Positions 24,499 through 36,229 are shown, numbered from the stretch's first letter. The stretch is 64,000 bases of DNA from an uncultured Nitrososphaeraceae archaeon (GCA_963765895.1 CAVXZB010000047.1:55247-119246), one strand, 5' to 3'. Notes: a model not told the origin generated them from the letters alone. Numbers and translations are program-made.

Positions 24499-24935
24499 GC
24501 CAACTAAAGCATCCTTATCTAAGATTTGTTAGCCAGGGGAACTCAGTTAAGGTAGGGTTAAAGCCCAGTGTAAGTTGCTTCTTTTGTATTAACAAAATGT
24601 CAGACTTACAGTACATTGTATGGCAATAAAAATGCCGTTATTTTCTATATATCAGATAAGAGTATATTTACAAACAGCTGTGCCAGAGGACTGAGATTTG
24701 AAGGTAGATAGATACTTTAGACTGCAAAAACTGTTTTGATAGATGATTAGTATATATGTACTATCCAATGGATCGATCTGTGCTACTAAAATATAGATAA
24801 ACATAGATAATAGAGTCACTATCAGTAAAGTGCCAATTCGAATTTCTTCTGAAATATGAATATTATTTTTTATTGTGATCTATGTGCTAAATTCCATATT
24901 ATAATGAGCATATCTAAATTCTTTTTGTAGAATTT

Positions 24936-25154
24936 TTAAAGCCCTTTGCCGCATAGGTCACAATAGTATTGACCGCAGGTGATGCAACGTACAAGAGCAG
25001 TATTTGTTTCGTTAGCTGTTATTGTAATAAAGTCATGCTCATGAATTAGTTTATTCTTATACTGTACTGCAGTATCATGTATGTCTTCTCCTTCCTTCTT
25101 GGCTACTCTGTATTTGGGTGATCTAATTACCTTTATGTATTGATTGTTACGCAT
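24936..25154 (-). CDS. Small Cys-rich zinc-binding protein
   Basis: HEHDF...RCITCGQYYCDLCGK (two CxxC). Confidence 0.7.
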   Translation of the reverse strand: MRNNQYIKVIRSPKYRVAKKEGEDIHDTAVQYKNKLIHEHDFITITANETNTALVRCITCGQYYCDLCGKGL

Positions 25155-26483
25155 AGAGGTTACATAGAAACAAGTTTTAATAAAGTCATGCTAAACCATG
25201 TAAATTAACATAGTTAAGACCACGATCTAATTATTGACAAAAAGTCTGCTCAAATGATTAATGTTGCGTTATAACAATAACGAACTTGTACTTATCATAG
25301 TTAACCTGCTATTGTCTAGGGATTCCTTTTAAGTATACGTCTTGGTGCAGACAACCTTGTACCGCAATCTTCATCTTGTCGATAATTTATATTTATGTGG
25401 TATTTATAATGTTATTTCAAAGCCTTAATTTTATTTACAAATACTCAGAAAGTGTTCTCTTTGTCGTAGCTCTATAAGTTCTTTGTGACTGAATATGCCA
25501 TACTTCTATTCATAGGGAAGAACACTAATAGCGTTATCACTAATGGATAAGGAAAGTAAAAAAATTATTGGATAAGGTTATTTAGTCGTCATTTTTATTT
25601 AAAATTTAATATTTATTGTAATAATGTTATAAAATAGTATTGGATCAAGGAATCCTTAAAAATTTGCCGCCAGGATTTTCTATGAACGTTAATCAACATT
25701 GCTATCCTAGTAAGCCAAGTCCAAATGGATTAATACAAAACCAGTGCTTTGTATCTAATACTCAAAAAACCAATTTCCATTAGTCGATAAATTGTGTATC
25801 ATCAGCCGCTAGTTAGAACTCAATCCCATCAGGTTTGGTGGATTGTTGGGACTGAATCCAGCATCGCCAGCGACAACACGAATACGATTCGTTATGTATG
25901 TATCGTTAACCTACCTTATAGGTTTTATTTGTCTATGAATCGTCGGTGATCAAACAGGAGTCAGAAAATGCGATAATCTGGTTTGCCCTTAAAGTAGGCT
26001 ACTGGAATCTTGTTATACAGAAGCTATTAGACGAGAAAGTGGCTGGCTTTACAAGACCTTGACTGAAGGAATATTAAGGATATTATGTTTATGGAATCCA
26101 ACCACTTATACAGCATAGATCACGGGTTCATAGATCACAGTAGATAAACGTAAACACCAAACTGATCAATACTAGACTAGTAACAGTATCGAATCTGAAG
26201 AGTGTTATAGTAGAGTACTCATGTTGGACAGTCTAGAAAGTTTAGGGGTTTGTTCTAACCGAGATAATAGTTAACGCTACAATGAGGCAGCAAACTCTAG
26301 TTGGGACCTAAATTCATATCGTATGATTTACAAACCACTGTTATTGCAATTAGCTTTGTTGACCGAGAGTAATAAAGTGCTGTAGAATACCTAGTCCGAA
26401 TTGCTATAATATTGCGCCTACAGCAGTCTTATTCACCAAATCAAAATCAAACCAATCAAAAGCAAAATGCTCACTACTTATAT

Positions 26484-27051
26484 CTATTTGGGAGATAATT
26501 GTACCCTTGCAACTAAGTCGTTAGTGAATGGAGGGACATGTGATGGCGTGCTGACGTCAGTAAATCCTCCTTTTTCAGAGTAGTAAGAATATTTGACATT
26601 ATAATCCGTCAGATTTATGACACGTTCTATTGGAGATCCTGTATGATTGTCGACTACTGCAATTGTCTTGTTAGTAGGTGAATAAATCTTCATGAAGTCA
26701 GCCATGGTGAGCCTGATAGGTCTTATATACTCGATATGCAGTTTGTTTCCAACCATGTCTGTATGTATGATATGTAGGCATTCTTTTCCAGCGGTCTGAG
26801 TCTTACCGACTCCATTTGGAAGCTGTTCTTGAGTAACCATTAACGACAACTTGAACGATTGGATATAGGTTGAAACTATCGACGTTATGCGCCTTAAGAC
26901 AGATCCTCGTAGGTATAGGTGGAGGAGCAAAATGAGGAATTATAACTAAGGCGACTAATAATGATGCACCCATTGCAATAGGGGCTATCAAGATCTCCTT
27001 TTTGCCCAATCTCTTGGGAGGTTTCTCTTCCTTCACCTTACGCTTAGGCAT
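26484..27051 (-). CDS. Membrane-anchored hypothetical protein, frameshifted near 26835
   Basis: MPKRKVKEEK, TM helix, ICLKAH..., continuing as LPNGVG...ECLHIIHTD...LHIEY in the overlapping ORF. Confidence 0.65.
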
Positions 27052-27634
27052 TCCCCTTTTTCTTAGTAAACTCCCGTCCTTTATTGCTATTATTTCTTTA
27101 CGTGTAATCCACATCTTATTAATATCTCCAACAGTTGGAATTAATAAAAAATAGATAATACGACAAAGCCGGATATTGCGCAAACATCACAAACCTGATA
27201 CTTTTAACTTTCTACGATTCTTCCTTGTTCTTGTCTAAACTTAGTAGCAGTTTTCTCATTTTTGCTATTTCTTCAGGTGATTCTTCAATATACCCGGTCG
27301 TTCCAGCAGTCTAGACAGGTACTCCCCATAATCGTGAAAGATAACAGATTCCTCTTACATTTTTTACATGCATAAAATGAATTAATTTGATTGTACATAG
27401 GTTAGCTAAACTGAGGAAAGTTATAAGTACATTGCATGCTTTCCTATAGTTGATTAGTCCCTACAACACTCCTTTTATACCCTAGCTAAACTAGTTAGCG
27501 ATAGTTTAGACGATATAATTGTATCAAATTATATATTATTACTAACCTTATCATCAGCGCAGCAGTTCCTCTACGGTTCGTGCATTCTCTTATTTGTCAT
27601 TTGTATGTGCAACTGTTTGGGCTGCATAATTGAT

Positions 27635-28063
27635 TTATTGCGGTTCCAGAATTACTTTTCTTGATATTCTTTCTAATGCTTCTTGAGTTCCATTCAAGAT
27701 GTGCCTTTTTATAATTCGAGTGAAGATTACAAAAAGGCCGTTTATCGTGATGTCCCATTCTACGTCAATTCTAGTAGAATTATTTTCAATAGCGCTAAGT
27801 GCAATCGTTTTCTTGCCTTTCATTGGTCCTTCGATTATTTCTATATTGATTGACTTTTTTGGATCTATTGTTACGATCTCTCGGCATACCGAATTTCTGA
27901 AGGCTATTACTACCTCTCTTTCGACGGTGTTTTCTGTTTTGCTAATATTTTTTATCTGCCTAGTACCTCGCCAGAAGTCAGGGTCCCTATCAATATCGGA
28001 GATAACGTCCCATACTCTATCAATTGATGCTGCCACTATTCTATAAGCGTGAATTAGTACCAT
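27635..28063 (-). CDS. SRPBCC (polyketide cyclase/dehydrase) family protein
   Basis: VAASIDRVWDVISD...FW...TRIDVEWD...ALERI. Confidence 0.85.
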   Translation of the reverse strand: MVLIHAYRIVAASIDRVWDVISDIDRDPDFWRGTRQIKNISKTENTVEREVVIAFRNSVCREIVTIDPKKSINIEIIEGPMKGKKTIALSAIENNSTRIDVEWDITINGLFVIFTRIIKRHILNGTQEALERISRKVILEPQ

Positions 28064-28248
28064 ATCTTTTCACTATCCAATCATGAGTACATATACATAC
28101 TGTATATCATTTTTATTATGGGCTCATTTACTAACATTTCCTGTTGATAGTCTAAGACAAGATAAACACAAGGGTAAAATAGACACAAACAGACCGAGAA
28201 ATTTGGTTCATCTTTTTATGTGATATATTCTGATAACTATTTATTCTA

Positions 28249-29208
28249 TTGAAGCAAACTATCGACTTTGGACTACATCTACCAATTATAAAGTTTAAAG
28301 GGGAAGCAGATCATTCTAGAGAGCAAATACTTTCTTATGCAAAAAAAGCAGAATATCTAGATTATGATTATTTAGGAGTAAATGATCATATTGTGTTTAG
28401 AACAACAAGTTGGCTTGATGCATTAACCACATTATCTGCAGTTGCTGCTATCACCAGTAGGATAAAAATTGGGACCTCTATATTGAATATAGTTGCAAGA
28501 AATCCAATTGTCTGTATCAAGGCTTTGACTGGGATAGATATTTTGTCCTCTGGGAGACTATTCGCAGGAGTTGGTCCTGGTTCATACAAAGTAGATTATG
28601 ATCTTTGCGGAATTGCTTTTGAGGACAGGTGGAAAAGATTTGATGAATCATTACAAATTCTAAATTTACTTTGGAAACAGGAGAGTGAAAATGAGCTAGA
28701 TTATAATGGTAAGTATTACAAATTCAAAAGAATAGTCGCTGCACCAGCACCAATTCAAAAACCCCATCCCCCCATATTGATTGGAAGCTGGGGCTCGTCA
28801 GAACCAGGACTACGAAGAGTAGCAAAGTATGGTGACGGATGGATGGCATCGGCTTACAATATAACACCAGATAAATTCAAGGAGAAATGGAAAACTCTAT
28901 TATCCTATAGGAAAGATATGGGCAAGGATACTGCTGGATTTGGTAATCATCTTGTATCGATGTTTGGCTATATTGATAATAATAAGGAAAAAAGTCACAA
29001 GATAGTAAATGATGTATTATCTCCTGTACTTGGACGGCCTGCAAATGAGTTAGAGAGATTGCTTCTCTTCGGATCTGTAGATGAATGTATAAAAAAGATA
29101 AAGGCTTTTCTTGAAGCAGGAGTAAATAGTATTCACTTTTGGCCAATAAACAATTACATCGAACAAATAGAGCTTTTCAGTAAAGAAATAATCCATTCTT
29201 TTCGATAG
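28249..29208 (+). CDS. LLM class flavin/F420-dependent oxidoreductase
   Basis: VNDHIV, LSAVAAITSRIKIGTS, DILSSGRLFAGVGPG, PIQKPHPPILIG, RVAKYGDGW. Confidence 0.93.
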   Translation: MKQTIDFGLHLPIIKFKGEADHSREQILSYAKKAEYLDYDYLGVNDHIVFRTTSWLDALTTLSAVAAITSRIKIGTSILNIVARNPIVCIKALTGIDILSSGRLFAGVGPGSYKVDYDLCGIAFEDRWKRFDESLQILNLLWKQESENELDYNGKYYKFKRIVAAPAPIQKPHPPILIGSWGSSEPGLRRVAKYGDGWMASAYNITPDKFKEKWKTLLSYRKDMGKDTAGFGNHLVSMFGYIDNNKEKSHKIVNDVLSPVLGRPANELERLLLFGSVDECIKKIKAFLEAGVNSIHFWPINNYIEQIELFSKEIIHSFR

Positions 29209-30101
29209 GCAATTGATAGATTTGTTCGTGAATCCATCAGGAACGTCTGAGAGAACAGAAGCCCGATTGTCAACCTATATCCTCTTATTGCTATCAACTG
29301 ATAATAGCAGCTATATGATACAAAACGAAGAGCATTTCATAATTGTAATGAATGTTCAGCATAATTATTTACAAATTCTGGTCCTACAAATAAAGATACT
29401 CTGAAGGAGGTTTCATATAATCTACAATGTCGCTGAAACTACAAGAATTGCTTTCATGTATATGGTTGCAATTTGTCTTGAGAACAGGATTATGAAGAGC
29501 ATTAGGAAAGAGAAGTAAGGTGCAGGATGTTGAATATAGGCTTGATTGGTGGAATACAATAATTAATCCGGAACTACTATAGAATAATTCATAAGTATTT
29601 ATTTTTTATTATAACTAGTCTTCCATTATTGTTATTATTATTCTACATCACTAAATTAACTATCTTAATATAGACCCGCGAGATTTCAAAAATGATGAAA
29701 GATACTAGCATGAATTAGCCTAATATCTTAAATCATTTAGCAGGGCTTCTCTGTTGTAGTCGTACAAAATTGAGACAAAACGAATCTAAGAAGATAATTG
29801 AAGATAATATGAAAAATTGATTGTTGTGCATGATAGTGCATTCTAAGTATATATTAGTGCAGATCGTACGATTTATCGCACGTTATGACGAGCAAACAAA
29901 CTTACTATTCTATCTTAACGGAAGAAGGGTAAAGTGTTCTTGATTTTGGAACGTGCAGAAATATTACTAGTTATTTTCGATCTATCATATTAGGATTTTC
30001 CTCAAATCTGCATTATTGATCTGATCGTTGGATTGTGTTAATGGCCAATTCAGGGCCCAACCATTTTTCTCTATGGAATTCTTTACAGGAATATCATATT
30101 G

Positions 30102-31140
30102 TGCTTTGTTGCATGATTTATTATGTTGTAGGTATTGCTTATTTGACCAATCTGCATTTAGCTTACCAGTAGTAATTATGTAATAATTTGATTGACTGGC
30201 CTTCGTACAATGAATCACTAGTAAGACGTGGTCAAGTACTCTTGGATTATGATGTACTTGATGGTTGGGATCATGAATTATCTCAAATGAACCATGGTAA
30301 GGTTGGTGAACCATACGCCTACCCAGATTCATTTATTCAGCTCCTAGGCTACATGAGAGCATATTTCCATCTACCATATAGACAAACACAGGGTGTAGTC
30401 ATAGCTCACGCAAGTACTAAAGTACCATGCATACCAGATTATAGTACCATCAATAGACGTATAAACAAACTGGAAATTAAAATCAATGAAAGATTGGGAA
30501 ATGATATTGTCAATGCTTTAGACAGCACTGGCATTAAAGTAGCTAATCGTGGAGAATGGATGCGGCATAAATGGCATGTTAGAAAAGGATATCTAAAGAT
30601 ACATGTGGCAGTTGACATCAAGAGGAAAAGAATCCTGTCCTTGGAAGTAACAAGTGAAGAAGTACATGATGGTAAGATGTTAAGTAAGTTGGTAGACAAT
30701 GCTTCTTCTTCTTCTTCTTCTTCTTCTTCTTCTGCTGCTGGAGGTAATCATGTAAAAGGCATATTAGCAGATGGTATGTACGACAGCAATAACAATTTTA
30801 GATACCTATCAAAGAACCACATTAAGCCTGGTATAAAGACAAGAAGTAATTCCAAGGTTAGACCGACTAACTGTCATGCTAGGAATATGTCTGTAATGAG
30901 ACAACATGCAAACCTCAAAAGATGGAAGCGCAGAGTGAATTATGGGTACAGATGGATGGCAGAAACTGCCTTTTCATCTATTAAAAGAATGTTTGGTGAA
31001 CATGTAACAGCTAGAAAATTTCCTAACATGGTAAAGGAGATCTTTCTAAAGGCAACTCTGTATAACATGTTCAATCAAATGGCATAATCATAATCATCTG
31101 CATAAATGAATTAAATCCTAATTGATCATGCAACAGAGCA
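30102..31140 (+). mobile_element. Complete IS5-family insertion sequence (ISH1-like)
   Basis: Terminal inverted repeats TGCTTTGTTGCATGAT (30102-30117) and ATCATGCAACAGAGCA (31125-31140), 15/16 match; direct repeat TCATATTG at 30094-30101 and 31141-31148. Confidence 0.93.
30188..31087 (+). CDS. IS5-family DDE transposase with an in-frame poly-Ser insertion
   Basis: WPSYNESLVRRG, ALDSTG, KIHVAVD, LADGMYD, YGYRWMAETAFSSIK. Confidence 0.93.
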   Translation: MIDWPSYNESLVRRGQVLLDYDVLDGWDHELSQMNHGKVGEPYAYPDSFIQLLGYMRAYFHLPYRQTQGVVIAHASTKVPCIPDYSTINRRINKLEIKINERLGNDIVNALDSTGIKVANRGEWMRHKWHVRKGYLKIHVAVDIKRKRILSLEVTSEEVHDGKMLSKLVDNASSSSSSSSSSAAGGNHVKGILADGMYDSNNNFRYLSKNHIKPGIKTRSNSKVRPTNCHARNMSVMRQHANLKRWKRRVNYGYRWMAETAFSSIKRMFGEHVTARKFPNMVKEIFLKATLYNMFNQMA

Positions 31141-31964
31141 TCATATTGGATAAAAAAAATCGTATATATGTGCTTTTATATCTTCGGCATCGGTTAATAC
31201 ATGGGAAGCGCTTGGACACGCAGATACTCCGCCCCATTAATGGAGATTATAATATTCAGCGGCCTCATCAACGGCAGGTCCAATTATCATATTCGGAGAT
31301 CGATAAAATGTTCCTACACTCAAACATCCTCTAAAAAGAAAATCATGCTGAATAGCAATTCGGAATAATTTAATTAATATTTCACCTGTCAACATAATTG
31401 TCCACCAAGTGGAATCACGTCCCTGATCACTTCCAACATCTCTTTTGTCTATTGGAAGACTAAGCATTATAGTATCTGAAAATGCTTCAAATTAGTTTCT
31501 TTTAAGGAACCATATTTAAGTTTATTCTTTAAGGATTCAATTTCCTTCGTATATTCTTCATACAATAATTCCCAGCTTTCAGTGACCCCCTCAGGATTTC
31601 TAGTCTTCCAAACTCCTTTTATTCCCAAGGCATCTAGTAAGACTATAATCCTATCAACCGTTTCAAATCTAATTTTTGCTTCCACGCTATCTGAAATATT
31701 TACATTATCGGATAATCCCCTGACGATCAACTTATGTTCTCGCTGATCATTTGGGGCATTACCATCTTTCAATTTCGATCTAAAGTTAGACTACTACGTA
31801 TTAAATTTGCTTCTTAATGGCAAATACAGTCATCATTACAGAACGGTACTCAAGTAGGTAATCGCATTCACATTGAAATTGGAGGATAATCACATATGGT
31901 ATTGGTTGAGTCCGCTGTATAAAAACAGATATCATGAATCCAAGTATAAATATAAGGATTACTT

Positions 31965-32106
31965 AGAAGAGCAAGTAGAAAGAATTGGAAGATTACATCA
32001 GTTTTTAAGACAGCGCGAAAGTACAGGATGATGCTATAACAACATTTGCCAGACTAACTTGTAGCTATTACAAGTAGATTATAGGAACTTGAGAGAAGAC
32101 AAATAA
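31965..32106 (+). repeat. Dispersed repeat copy 2: integrase-like C-terminal remnant (most decayed)
   Basis: TTAAGACAGCG...GATGATGCTATA...GAACTTGAGAGAAGACAAATAA aligns by eye with 13445..13580. Confidence 0.6.
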
Positions 32107-32350
32107 TATCGTAGATTATTATCAGCAGATTAACATTCTACATTCCTAATACTTATGCCATCATCTATATAGTCACTGATGTTATGCTCCTCATTCAGAT
32201 GGGCCGATTATTTCTGATCCAAGATCTTCCTGAGATGTCTAAACTGTTTTAAATCTGATCTATATTCCGGAGATATCGTATTAGACGGTTTGATTATTTG
32301 ATCAAGGCACACTATACGATGGTGTCTACGTTAAGTCAGTATGTTAATTA

Positions 32351-33835
32351 ATGGCTCATACTGTACTATTACTTATCATGACAAGCAAACAGACTTGCGG
32401 TTTTATTTTTAATCGAAGAGCGTCTTCTATATCTATCTTAATCATAGCTTTGTTGAATATCACAACAGTCATAACACCTTTTGTTAATAATGGGAATATT
32501 GCCTTAGCTCAATCTAGTCAACCACAACGGCAAAACCTACTACCTTCATCTTCCTCATCTCAACAACCAAAAACTCATGAATATACTCTGATAGCAGAAA
32601 ATACCACACTTGAAATAGCTCCTGGAGTTCGCGTTGATGCCTGGACGTATAATGGTACTATCCCAGGACCAACCATAACAGCGACTGAGGGTGATAGAGT
32701 AATAATTCATTTCATTAATAAAACTCCTCTCCCACACACAATTCATTTGCATGGAGATCATCCTAGTCAAGAGGATGGAGTATCTGAGATAGTACCACCA
32801 AATGGTACATTCACTTATGATGTAATTGCGCAGCCAGCTGGCGCTTTAGCATATCACTGTCATGTATCACCAGTAATGCAGCATGTCAGAATGGGACTGT
32901 ATGGAGCATTTATAGTATATCCAAAAACTCCATTACCACCTGCAAGAGAATATGTTTTAGTTGATGGCGAATATGATACTCAAAACCAATTAAATCCACT
33001 GCCAGAATATTACATGTTCAATGGTTATGCAGATCAATACATGACACATCTTCTTCCAGCTAGAACTAATGAGACTGTTAGAATATACCTTGTAAATATG
33101 GGTATGTCTCCTGCCTATGGTATGCACATTCATGGAACCTTGTTTAAGGCCTATCCTTCTGGTATACTACAGAATCCTCCGTTCATGGTGCAATCGTGGG
33201 AGCTAGCATCAGGTAATGCTGCTGTATTGGAGGCAAAATGGCCATGGCCAGGTAAATTTACATTCCATTTCCATGGTATACCTGAGGAGAGAGGAGCTAT
33301 GGGATTCTTTAACGTGACAAATGCTCCTGCAGGTGCGATAGATGGAAAGGATATAGCTATCACAAAGTCTATAAACATGAATGATTGGCAAATGAACCTA
33401 ACAAGGAGCCTTCAGAAAGCAGATCCAAATGGGAAGATCACAACCACAAATACTGGTGAACACCATGGAATGCAAATGGGGATGAAACAACAACATGCTC
33501 CTTCTCCATCTACAAATAATAATAATAATAATAATGCAATACAAGTATCAATTGTAAAAGGGGCAGCTACCTTGGCTAACAAAGCTTTTTCACCTGATCA
33601 TGTTAAGATAAAGGTTGGAAATACAGTTATTTGGACTAATAACGACAATAATATACACACAGTTACTTCAGGTGTAGCTAATACTCCTAATGCAGGAGAA
33701 GTATTTGATTCAGGCTTAACATCTCTGATAAGTCCATCTAAAACTTATTCCCACAAGTTTACAAATGCAGGAGAATTTACTTACTTTTGTAGACTACATC
33801 CTACCATGGTAGGAGAAATAGAGGTGACGCAGTAG
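32351..33835 (+). CDS. Two-domain multicopper oxidase fused to a C-terminal plastocyanin-like blue copper domain
   Basis: HTIHLHG, YHCHVSPVMQHVRMG, MHIHG, FHFHG; C-terminal IHTVTSG...YFCRLHPTM; signal peptide. Confidence 0.93.
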   Translation: MAHTVLLLIMTSKQTCGFIFNRRASSISILIIALLNITTVITPFVNNGNIALAQSSQPQRQNLLPSSSSSQQPKTHEYTLIAENTTLEIAPGVRVDAWTYNGTIPGPTITATEGDRVIIHFINKTPLPHTIHLHGDHPSQEDGVSEIVPPNGTFTYDVIAQPAGALAYHCHVSPVMQHVRMGLYGAFIVYPKTPLPPAREYVLVDGEYDTQNQLNPLPEYYMFNGYADQYMTHLLPARTNETVRIYLVNMGMSPAYGMHIHGTLFKAYPSGILQNPPFMVQSWELASGNAAVLEAKWPWPGKFTFHFHGIPEERGAMGFFNVTNAPAGAIDGKDIAITKSINMNDWQMNLTRSLQKADPNGKITTTNTGEHHGMQMGMKQQHAPSPSTNNNNNNNAIQVSIVKGAATLANKAFSPDHVKIKVGNTVIWTNNDNNIHTVTSGVANTPNAGEVFDSGLTSLISPSKTYSHKFTNAGEFTYFCRLHPTMVGEIEVTQ

Positions 33836-34566
33836 TAGAATGGATATAACCTATTGCAATTTTCTACTAATACCAAGCGAAGTAATAAAAGATGGCGTAA
33901 TTATAAGGCATCAACATATCCTTAATTAGTAAGTCTAAAGGCCTCTAAAAACAATTTATCTTCGTATAAATTAAGAGACGCGAGGCCGATTGAGGTCAAT
34001 TTGTTATTTGGGATTAGATCCACGTTCCCTTCTCTCATGTACTTTCCCATAACATCGCAAGATGTAAACTACCGTCAGCTATACAATGAATAGTCCTATC
34101 GCAGAGTTTATTAAACATATTATCTAGTCTATTAGACCTTAGACTTCATAAAATGCATCGATAATATCTAACAGTGGTAATGTTTTCACACATTTCTTCA
34201 TAAGATCAATTATCGAAGTTGCTGAATTCATTCCACCAGTTATCTCTGGATGGGGCTTTTTATTGCTCAGAGTAGTATTTAACCATACGATGATGTTATC
34301 TGCAAATCTTTCTATCATTTTGGTATCGTACTCCTCATGAACTAGTTTTTCGGCAGGATTGTCCGAATGCCCCCACCATGATGATATTTGGAAACATGTA
34401 ATGGTTAAGATGTATCGCCAACATAATGAGAAATGATTCCGGCAGCGCGGACAAATTTTTCAATATCACCTAACTTAACAAATTTTATCATATCTTTTAC
34501 TGATAAAAATGCCTACTTTTCTAATCGATAACTGAATAAAAGGAAATGAACCATAAATGGATTACT

Positions 34567-34782
34567 ATGTCATCCGAAGATTTCAAGGCTATTTCTGAAT
34601 TAAAGAAATTACTTGCCGCCAATTGTAAAATAGAAAAGATACATCCTCCTGTTTTTGCTTCAGATGCAGAAGTAAATATAGTAACAGTAACAGTGGCATT
34701 CCCTAATGGAAAAACACAGACAATTCGTGCTTATAGAGAAGAAGCACATGCATTAAGAGAATTTATAAGAACTCGTACATAA
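34567..34782 (+). CDS. Small hypothetical protein
   Basis: MSSEDFKAISELKKLL..., 71 aa, protein-like composition. Confidence 0.65.
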   Translation: MSSEDFKAISELKKLLAANCKIEKIHPPVFASDAEVNIVTVTVAFPNGKTQTIRAYREEAHALREFIRTRT

Positions 34783-35179
34783 ATGGCCCTGTAGAAACCC
34801 TGTTTTGAAAACTGATAGAGCTTTGTAATATCGTAATAAAATTATATCGAGATTAGATATATTTCAGAAATCACTAAACAAAATCTTCCCTATTGCAAAA
34901 CTTAATGAAGACAGCAGAATTCCGTCATATGGATGGCATTAAGGAGAATTTTTCAATAGTCAACAATATTATTGTATGCTTCGATATTTGATACTCTCTG
35001 GATACGAGCAGAGCTAAGAAGTAAACAAAAGAAAGTATCCACGTTCACCTAATATCTAGCCTGAATAAAAGTTTTGATAGATAGAGGACAGTTTAGTCTA
35101 ACGGTTATATGTAGTCATTGATCGACTAAAAATATTCATTTATGATGGTTAGTTAATTAACAAACGATCCCACCTCACT

Positions 35180-36229
35180 TCAGAAATCTGATAGACTAGT
35201 TTGTTTTGTGTTATGAGATGATGCTCTTTCTCCAGTTTTGGGCATCTTAACATCGTTCCATGTTACTTCCGACAAATTCAACATTTTCCTGAATGTGTTA
35301 GCAGTTCCGGGACCAAAACCAGCATAATGATTATTTGCTGCTACAATTGCTAGATTAATTTTCTTGTGCTCTTCTTCCCTGGCTCTTTTTAGAAATCTAG
35401 CCCATTTCTTCATCTCTGGAACTCTATCTTTTTGTATCTTGCCAAAATCTTTTTCTTGTATGGTCCTATCTCCAATGAATCTAATATACAGAAAATCTGT
35501 TGTAACTATTGGAGGAGTTCTTATACCAGCAAGTTGACTCCAGACCATACACATATTGTTATTTGCAAAAAAACTGTAAGCAAGATCTTGAAACCATGAG
35601 CCGTCTCTAACTTCTACTGCATATCTAAATCTCTTATCTAATTCAGGTATAATATCTCTTAGACCATTCATACCTTCAACTATACCCATCGAAGGTGGTA
35701 ACTGTATCAATAATGCTAAAACCTTGTCTTCAAGGTAAATCATGGAAGAAAAGAATAACTCTAGCTCTTTTCCTACATCTTTTAGTCGTTTATCATGAGT
35801 TATAACTTTTGGAAATTTAGCGGTAAATCTAAAATGTGCGGGAGTCTTTTTACTCCAGTTCTTTACCATAAATGCATTAGGAATTCTATAGAAAGAAGAA
35901 TCTATCTCGACAAAGTCAAACACGTGAGAATAATAGCCTAACCATCTGGAATTATCTAGACTAGGAGGATAAAATGGTCCTTGCCCGGCTGAATAACTCC
36001 ATCCAGAGCAGCCAATGTGGTAGTGCAGGTATGTGCCAAAGGAACTAAACACTACAGTTTTGGATAAAGATTGTGAAGCTTTTATACATGATAATTGATA
36101 GCCCGCATATGTGTCATTATCATGGATCTTTAATACTACATAAGTCAGTATTCTTAAAATAATTGTATTCTCTATTCTATAATACTCTACTCGAATAAGA
36201 AACGCCAGGACCGTGAAACGCATAATCAA
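35180..36229 (-). CDS. DUF72 domain-containing protein (true start probably near 36030)
   Basis: IGCSGWSY, VEIDSSFY, FTAKFPKVITH, LIQLPPS, AVEVR, YIRFIG, NNHYAG. Confidence 0.92.
   Translation of the reverse strand: MIMRFTVLAFLIRVEYYRIENTIILRILTYVVLKIHDNDTYAGYQLSCIKASQSLSKTVVFSSFGTYLHYHIGCSGWSYSAGQGPFYPPSLDNSRWLGYYSHVFDFVEIDSSFYRIPNAFMVKNWSKKTPAHFRFTAKFPKVITHDKRLKDVGKELELFFSSMIYLEDKVLALLIQLPPSMGIVEGMNGLRDIIPELDKRFRYAVEVRDGSWFQDLAYSFFANNNMCMVWSQLAGIRTPPIVTTDFLYIRFIGDRTIQEKDFGKIQKDRVPEMKKWARFLKRAREEEHKKINLAIVAANNHYAGFGPGTANTFRKMLNLSEVTWNDVKMPKTGERASSHNTKQTSLSDF

Larger units (their letters stand above)
29915..31772 (-). pseudogene. Divergent nucleotide-cyclase-fold gene, split by the IS5 element and further broken
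   Basis: LLDALG, FSDTIML, FRGCLSVG, IIGPAVDEA, W-GVSACPSA right of the IS; the frame resumes as QYDIPVK...WALNWP left of it. Confidence 0.6.

Noticed and set aside
29985-30332. 115-aa minus-strand ORF as an independent gene
   Set aside because: A chimera of antisense IS sequence and the severed tail of the cyclase-like gene
32351-33835. Calling the copper protein nirK
   Set aside because: It has HxH trinuclear-cluster motifs and lacks the NirK catalytic Asp motif
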